From positions 248,001 through 295,695 of the forward strand of contig QPGO01000096.1 of assembly GCA_008632985.1 (NCBI GenBank): a stretch of DNA of 47,695 bases. The letters run 5' to 3'. The position numbers were made by a program, and so were the translations under genes. Each line of letters begins with the position of its first letter. The stretch's first letter is position 1. Source of the DNA: Psammoneis japonica. Lineage: Eukaryota. The notes under the pieces are model-generated. The model did no database searches. It was given only the letters and a program-made list of their open reading frames with translations, and was not told the DNA's origin. Below are positions 43,161 to 47,695 of the stretch, one piece after another.

Positions 43161-45047
43161 CTAGAGTCGTAACTTCGACAGTCTAGGGCAACGTCGGTTC
43201 AGCATCCCCACATCGTCTTTCGAAACGAAGTAACAACCACCCAAATCTAACTCAGACAGCGTACCAGCAGAAGGGCTACTGCCCAGGGCATTCAAGATGC
43301 TTTTCCCAAACTGCTCCACAACTCTAGATGGTGCCAAAGCTTCGTCGGCCTCCTTTTGAGTTCGATTGGGAAAGCATCTCCACAGGGACAAACGTCGCAA
43401 CCCCCCATCACTGCTCGTCATGCCGTGCTTGGCGAGTGTCAACGTTAATGTATCCATTGCATTCGTGTCCGTGCCAACAAATCCCATGCATCCACCCAAG
43501 TCCAAATCAACAAGGCTTGGAGAAGAGGCAACAAGCCGAGCAACGCCTTTGCATGTAATGCTCGTGTGTCCAGAAAGATTTACACACCGGAGAGCTAGCT
43601 TTTCTCTCAGCAATTCTTCCATACTTTCGTCAGTCAATCGATGAGATCTGCCAAAGACATTGGCGCAAGAGAGGTCGAGCGTCTGCAACCCAAAAACATC
43701 AATATACGAAAGAAGAGTTCGTAACAAAGCGTTGGACCATGACTCTCCTCCGCCACTCATTCTTAAACTCGTCAGCCGTAATGAAGACTTCTCACTGCTG
43801 CTCACTCCCAATGACAATGCTTGACATAGTTCAGACGCAGTGACCCCCGTGTGAGAAATGTCGAGACTTGATAGTCGCCCACACGAAGAAGGAATGGAGC
43901 CGCCTCGAGATGGCGATGCCGGTGGAATATCAAAGAGAGATTGCAAAGAAGCCAGAGCTTGGTGAGGCTGCTGCGAACACTTCCAGAGCTTTTTCAACGG
44001 TAGCATGCTCGTTATTTTAGTATTTCCTCGAAGACTCAAAACTTGCAGACGAGGGCAGTGAATCGCGACGAATTCCACAGCCAGGTTGGTCAGTAGCGGG
44101 CATTGTTCTAGAGCCAAGTGAGTCAATTTTGAGGAGGGTCGCCCGTGCCGACGGGACGACTTGCTTTGGAAGTTTGGCAGCACTAGAGAGGCCGTGAGCA
44201 TTGCGTGAACATGTGCATCAGTTAGGGATGCATAACCGGTTAACTTCAGCTGGCACAGGTTCGTCATGCTCGAAAGTGACGGAAGACATACATCAGGTAG
44301 CAAGCGGTATTGGATATCTGAAAGCGTCAGAGACTCGATTGTTGCTTCGTGTCGAGCCAGATGCTTGGCAATAAAGTGGCTTGTTTCTTCAGGAGACGCG
44401 GTTGATGAGGTGAGGAATTCGGTAGCATCCACTTGTTTCCAAGAATGTGTGTGATTTGAACAATAGCGCCATCGACGACAAACTTGAGAGCACTGTAGCA
44501 GTTCGTTCAAGTTTAGGTGAGAGAAGATCAGTAGCATCACCTCGTCATGGACATGCGAGAATAAGGAATTACAATGGAGATTCCAGAGACCTCGGACCCT
44601 TCGAGGAGTACAACGAAAACCTGAGGCTTTGGTTCTGATGCATGGCTTTCGAAGAACAGGAGAAAGAGTGACTCCTCTATTAGATATTGAGAAGGACGTG
44701 GAGGAAGGAGTGACTTTTGCAGAGTCAGTAGACTGGTGATTCCGGTTTTCTACCACTGCGCTTTTCTTGCGTGATCCACCCGTATTCGTATTTACCCCGT
44801 CGATTTGATCTCGTGGAGTTAGAATGCCATTACTTTTTTGACACCCCGAGGAGAAAGGCAGTGAAAATGTGGAGTTGCTCGAAGACCCAGCGGAATTCTT
44901 GGGAGGTACTTCAAACGTAAGAGCTGTCTGAGAAACGCAAGATGGACTGGGAGGTGGATGGGTCGACACCGAAACGGGGTTCGCTACGAATTCGGTGCGC
45001 GTATTTTCATCAGAACAGCAGCGACTTGAATGACAAGATATCGTCAT
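43161..45047 (-). CDS. F-box/LRR protein
   Basis: F-box HVHDEVMLLIFSHLNLNELLQCSQVCRRW, followed by cysteine-containing LRRs (LTHLALEQCPLLTN, CPRLQVLSLRG, LVDLDLGGC). Confidence 0.9.
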   Translation of the reverse strand: MTISCHSSRCCSDENTRTEFVANPVSVSTHPPPSPSCVSQTALTFEVPPKNSAGSSSNSTFSLPFSSGCQKSNGILTPRDQIDGVNTNTGGSRKKSAVVENRNHQSTDSAKVTPSSTSFSISNRGVTLSPVLRKPCIRTKASGFRCTPRRVRGLWNLHCNSLFSHVHDEVMLLIFSHLNLNELLQCSQVCRRWRYCSNHTHSWKQVDATEFLTSSTASPEETSHFIAKHLARHEATIESLTLSDIQYRLLPDVCLPSLSSMTNLCQLKLTGYASLTDAHVHAMLTASLVLPNFQSKSSRRHGRPSSKLTHLALEQCPLLTNLAVEFVAIHCPRLQVLSLRGNTKITSMLPLKKLWKCSQQPHQALASLQSLFDIPPASPSRGGSIPSSCGRLSSLDISHTGVTASELCQALSLGVSSSEKSSLRLTSLRMSGGGESWSNALLRTLLSYIDVFGLQTLDLSCANVFGRSHRLTDESMEELLREKLALRCVNLSGHTSITCKGVARLVASSPSLVDLDLGGCMGFVGTDTNAMDTLTLTLAKHGMTSSDGGLRRLSLWRCFPNRTQKEADEALAPSRVVEQFGKSILNALGSSPSAGTLSELDLGGCYFVSKDDVGMLNRRCPRLSKLRL

Positions 45048-45289
45048 ATAATCAGCGACAGCAGTGGTTTCGGATTGCGTTATCGATATCGGCCGATATG
45101 AAGAATGAAAGAGGTGTTCTTTGTTTTCCAGACTGTGGCAGCTTCATGCATGTGAACGGGGTGCGGATTTCTGTTTTCTGCACACGTGGTGAGAAATAAA
45201 GTGTCAAGTGTCAGGCAGGATTGCGGACGGGACGTCTGCAAGCATAGGATGTGTCAGTCAGCGTCACGACAATCCGTTCAGATAACGGT

Positions 45290-47695
45290 CGCTTGGTTTT
45301 CCTCCTCCAGCCTTCTCTGTCCGCCGCTGCTTCTTTCGTCATCAGCTCCCTCTCTCTCCGTGGATGATCATCATTCCAACACGACTGTCAACCGTTTCTG
45401 TGAAATCCAGTTGGAGTGCTGAAAGAAAGTGGGTTTCGTGGTGGGAAAGACAACATGTCTTTTGTTTTGAATGACAACTCCATGGCAGCCACCCACTCAA
45501 AACATCTGCATGTGTTTCTGCATGAGCTCTCGCACAGATGTCGCCCTTTTCAGATGGCATGTTGCTGGCTCTCTCAAGACCATTCTGGCCATTGGCATCA
45601 ATGGTGTGCCCTTGTTTCAGCATGTTAAACAATGTCACCAAGTGGAAAATGACTGGCGTCAACTCCTTGTTGGTCGCATGCTCGTTGATTTTTTTTGTCA
45701 TTTTCTGCAGATCCAAGAAATTTTCTGCATGGATCCCAGTGCAAATTCCATGCACTTCAAACACCACCAATGAATGCCTTGTCACATCTCGGAGCTTCTT
45801 GTGCCCACACCTGTCTGTCCTCAACATGACCCTCTTTGTTCCTGTCAGCCAGCCAAGTCCTTCACTCTGTGGGGTGAAAGCGCCGCTTCAGCTGCGGCGC
45901 CGACAAGCATGAGTGTGAGCCCTTCTTCAGCATCAATTGATTGTTCTCCATTTGCTGTGTGCATCAGCATTTCCATGCAAGATCCAGCACAAATTCTGCG
46001 TGCTTCAGCAAACACCGCCGATGAGTGCTTTGTCACGTCTCCCCGAGCTTCTTGTGCCCTTGCCTGTCTGTCCTCAATGACCCTCTTTGTTCCTGTCAGC
46101 CAATCAAGTCCTTCACTCTGTGGGGTGAAAGCACTGCTTCAGTTGCAGCACCAATGAACATGAGCATGAGCTTTTCTTTGGCATCAATTGGCTGTTCTCC
46201 ATTTGCTGTGCGTGTCGACACTCCTGCGCAAGATCCGGCATGGTTTCTGCATGTGGAAAATGTTGTTCCCGGTGACCAACCCATCACATCATCAAGTGCT
46301 CCTGTTTCCAATCTCCCAGTCATGGACAACCCCTCCCTCCCTTTCTGGCAAACCAAGCTTCTGGCTGCATGCAGCGATCTTTCCATCTTTGTCACATTTC
46401 TTGGAGGTTGGAACAAAGCTCCCTTCTCAATGAGCGAAGCCAGCGGTTTGAAAAAACCATTTTTTGACTTGCTTCCCTTTGCTGTTCCCAAACCCAAACC
46501 TGTGGGCAATTGTTCTTTGCCATGCTGGTGTGGCAGATGCGTCTCCAGCCCAAGTGAAAGCAATGAGCTCCCCAATGTGTTGCTTCATCACCCCCATCCA
46601 TCTCAGGCATGTGTCCTTTTTGGAGGGCACTGCAACAAGCCAATTGCGACAACTTCTGCCACACCCCTTGCAGGGTGTGCTGGAAGTGTTTGACAGCCAG
46701 TGCTGGTGTTGCTGGGCAAAGGCGCAACAGCACTTAAAATTGGGACCGAGTTTTTGTTTTGTTTTGAATGGAGGAAACAGGAAAAAGGGGAAACATCACC
46801 CACAACAAAAACACAACAAGCAACAGAAAAAAAGAAAGGGGCCAGCGCCCTCGCTGGTGTTGCAAACAGCTCCAGACAATCTGGCTGCACCTTTTCATGC
46901 TGGTAACCAGTGCTGCTTGGTGATCTTTTGCCACATTTCATGCAGCACCAGCACCAGTCATGCCTTGTCAACAAGAGCTCCAGCACCAGATCAAGGCTGG
47001 CGCACAAGTGCAAAATTTTGTCAACTTGTTTGTCAAAAGCACGTTCCAGCACATTCATCACAAAAGCTGGAGCCAACACTTTGAGTGCCTTGTGCACAAT
47101 CCAGGAGAGCCATTGTCTCAGTCAACCATGTGAGAGACTAAAGTGCTGAGCAAATGCATGCCTGACATGACAAAACAGAGTGCAAAGGTCAGAAAAATTT
47201 TTTTTTCTGCCCCGCCTTTTCTGGCAAAAAAGACAAGAACACCATCAGAGCTGCAGCAATGTTTTGGTCTGTGGATGCCACCACATCTCTTTTTCTTTTT
47301 AGCACAAGTGTGATGCAGGCTTGTGGTGGCTTCAGCAACTTTCAAGTGTGCGCATGAAAGTTTTTTTGTGCTCTCATCTCTCTCAGCCTGTTTCACCTGC
47401 CCTCTCTGCTCTGCCGAGCTGTTTTCAATGACACACAAATGTGCCATCAAATTCAGCACATCTGGGTCAGCTCACATGGCCACATCTGCATTTCACAAAA
47501 ATGATCTGTTTTGGTGGTTTCGTGCATTGACTGCCTTTCTTCAGTGCACACAAAAAGATGTGTGCAAGAAATGATGAGCATCCTCTCTTGAGAACACACA
47601 GCAGGTGCACTTTTTTTGCAAGAGAGCTGGGGCATGCTCATCACATCACGTGCGGCACTTCACACCACTGACACACTGGAGCCAGAGACGCAGCT
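45290..47695. mobile_element. Second TpA-depleted decayed island, running off the window end; contains unidentified minus-strand coding relics
   Basis: Only 5 TA in ~2.4 kb (hand count), TG/CA excess and Tyr-free ORFs. Confidence 0.7.
45770..46253. repeat. 251-bp tandem duplication inside the second island
   Basis: ATGACCCTCTTTGTTCCTGTCAGCCA..CAAGTCCTTCACTCTGTGGGGTGAAAGC and TGTTCTCCATTTGCTGTG are repeated at a 251-bp offset (units start at 45770 and 46021). Confidence 0.92.

Overview
Eukaryotic, gene-dense DNA with short GT-AG introns. The gene content and a bipartite plastid-targeting presequence point to a diatom; the species cannot be determined from the sequence. About 17 ordinary genes are present: VAMP7 (5' part), LIN9/ALY, a 2OG-Fe(II) oxygenase, a TTL-family ligase probably fused to a class-V aminotransferase, chorismate mutase, copper amine oxidase, a bacterial-type arylsulfatase, a BAR-like protein, a MYND protein, ARP4, a MATE transporter, a ricin-B-like protein, an LRR protein, a GNAT acetyltransferase, a PDZ-PUB protein, a sulfotransferase-like protein and an F-box/LRR protein. 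Several carry single-base frameshifts that look like long-read consensus errors. The standout signal is two islands of decayed repeat or transposon DNA (~28250-35940 and ~45290-end) that have lost almost every TpA dinucleotide on both strands. By hand count there are 9 TA in 30961-35930 and 5 TA in 45290-47695; 11 of the 14 are YTAR and none is RTAY. The islands are correspondingly rich in TG/CA, and relic proteins show Cys/His where Tyr is expected. This looks like a repeat-targeted A:T->G:C hypermutation at TAY/RTA, a mirror image of fungal RIP, that is separable from CpG decay. Also found: a PIF/Harbinger-type transposase relic, a 177-bp (59-codon) tandem repeat, a foldback array of an 11-bp unit, a MITE, and a 260-bp duplication spanning two convergent gene ends. 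All counts are manual and no database searches were run.
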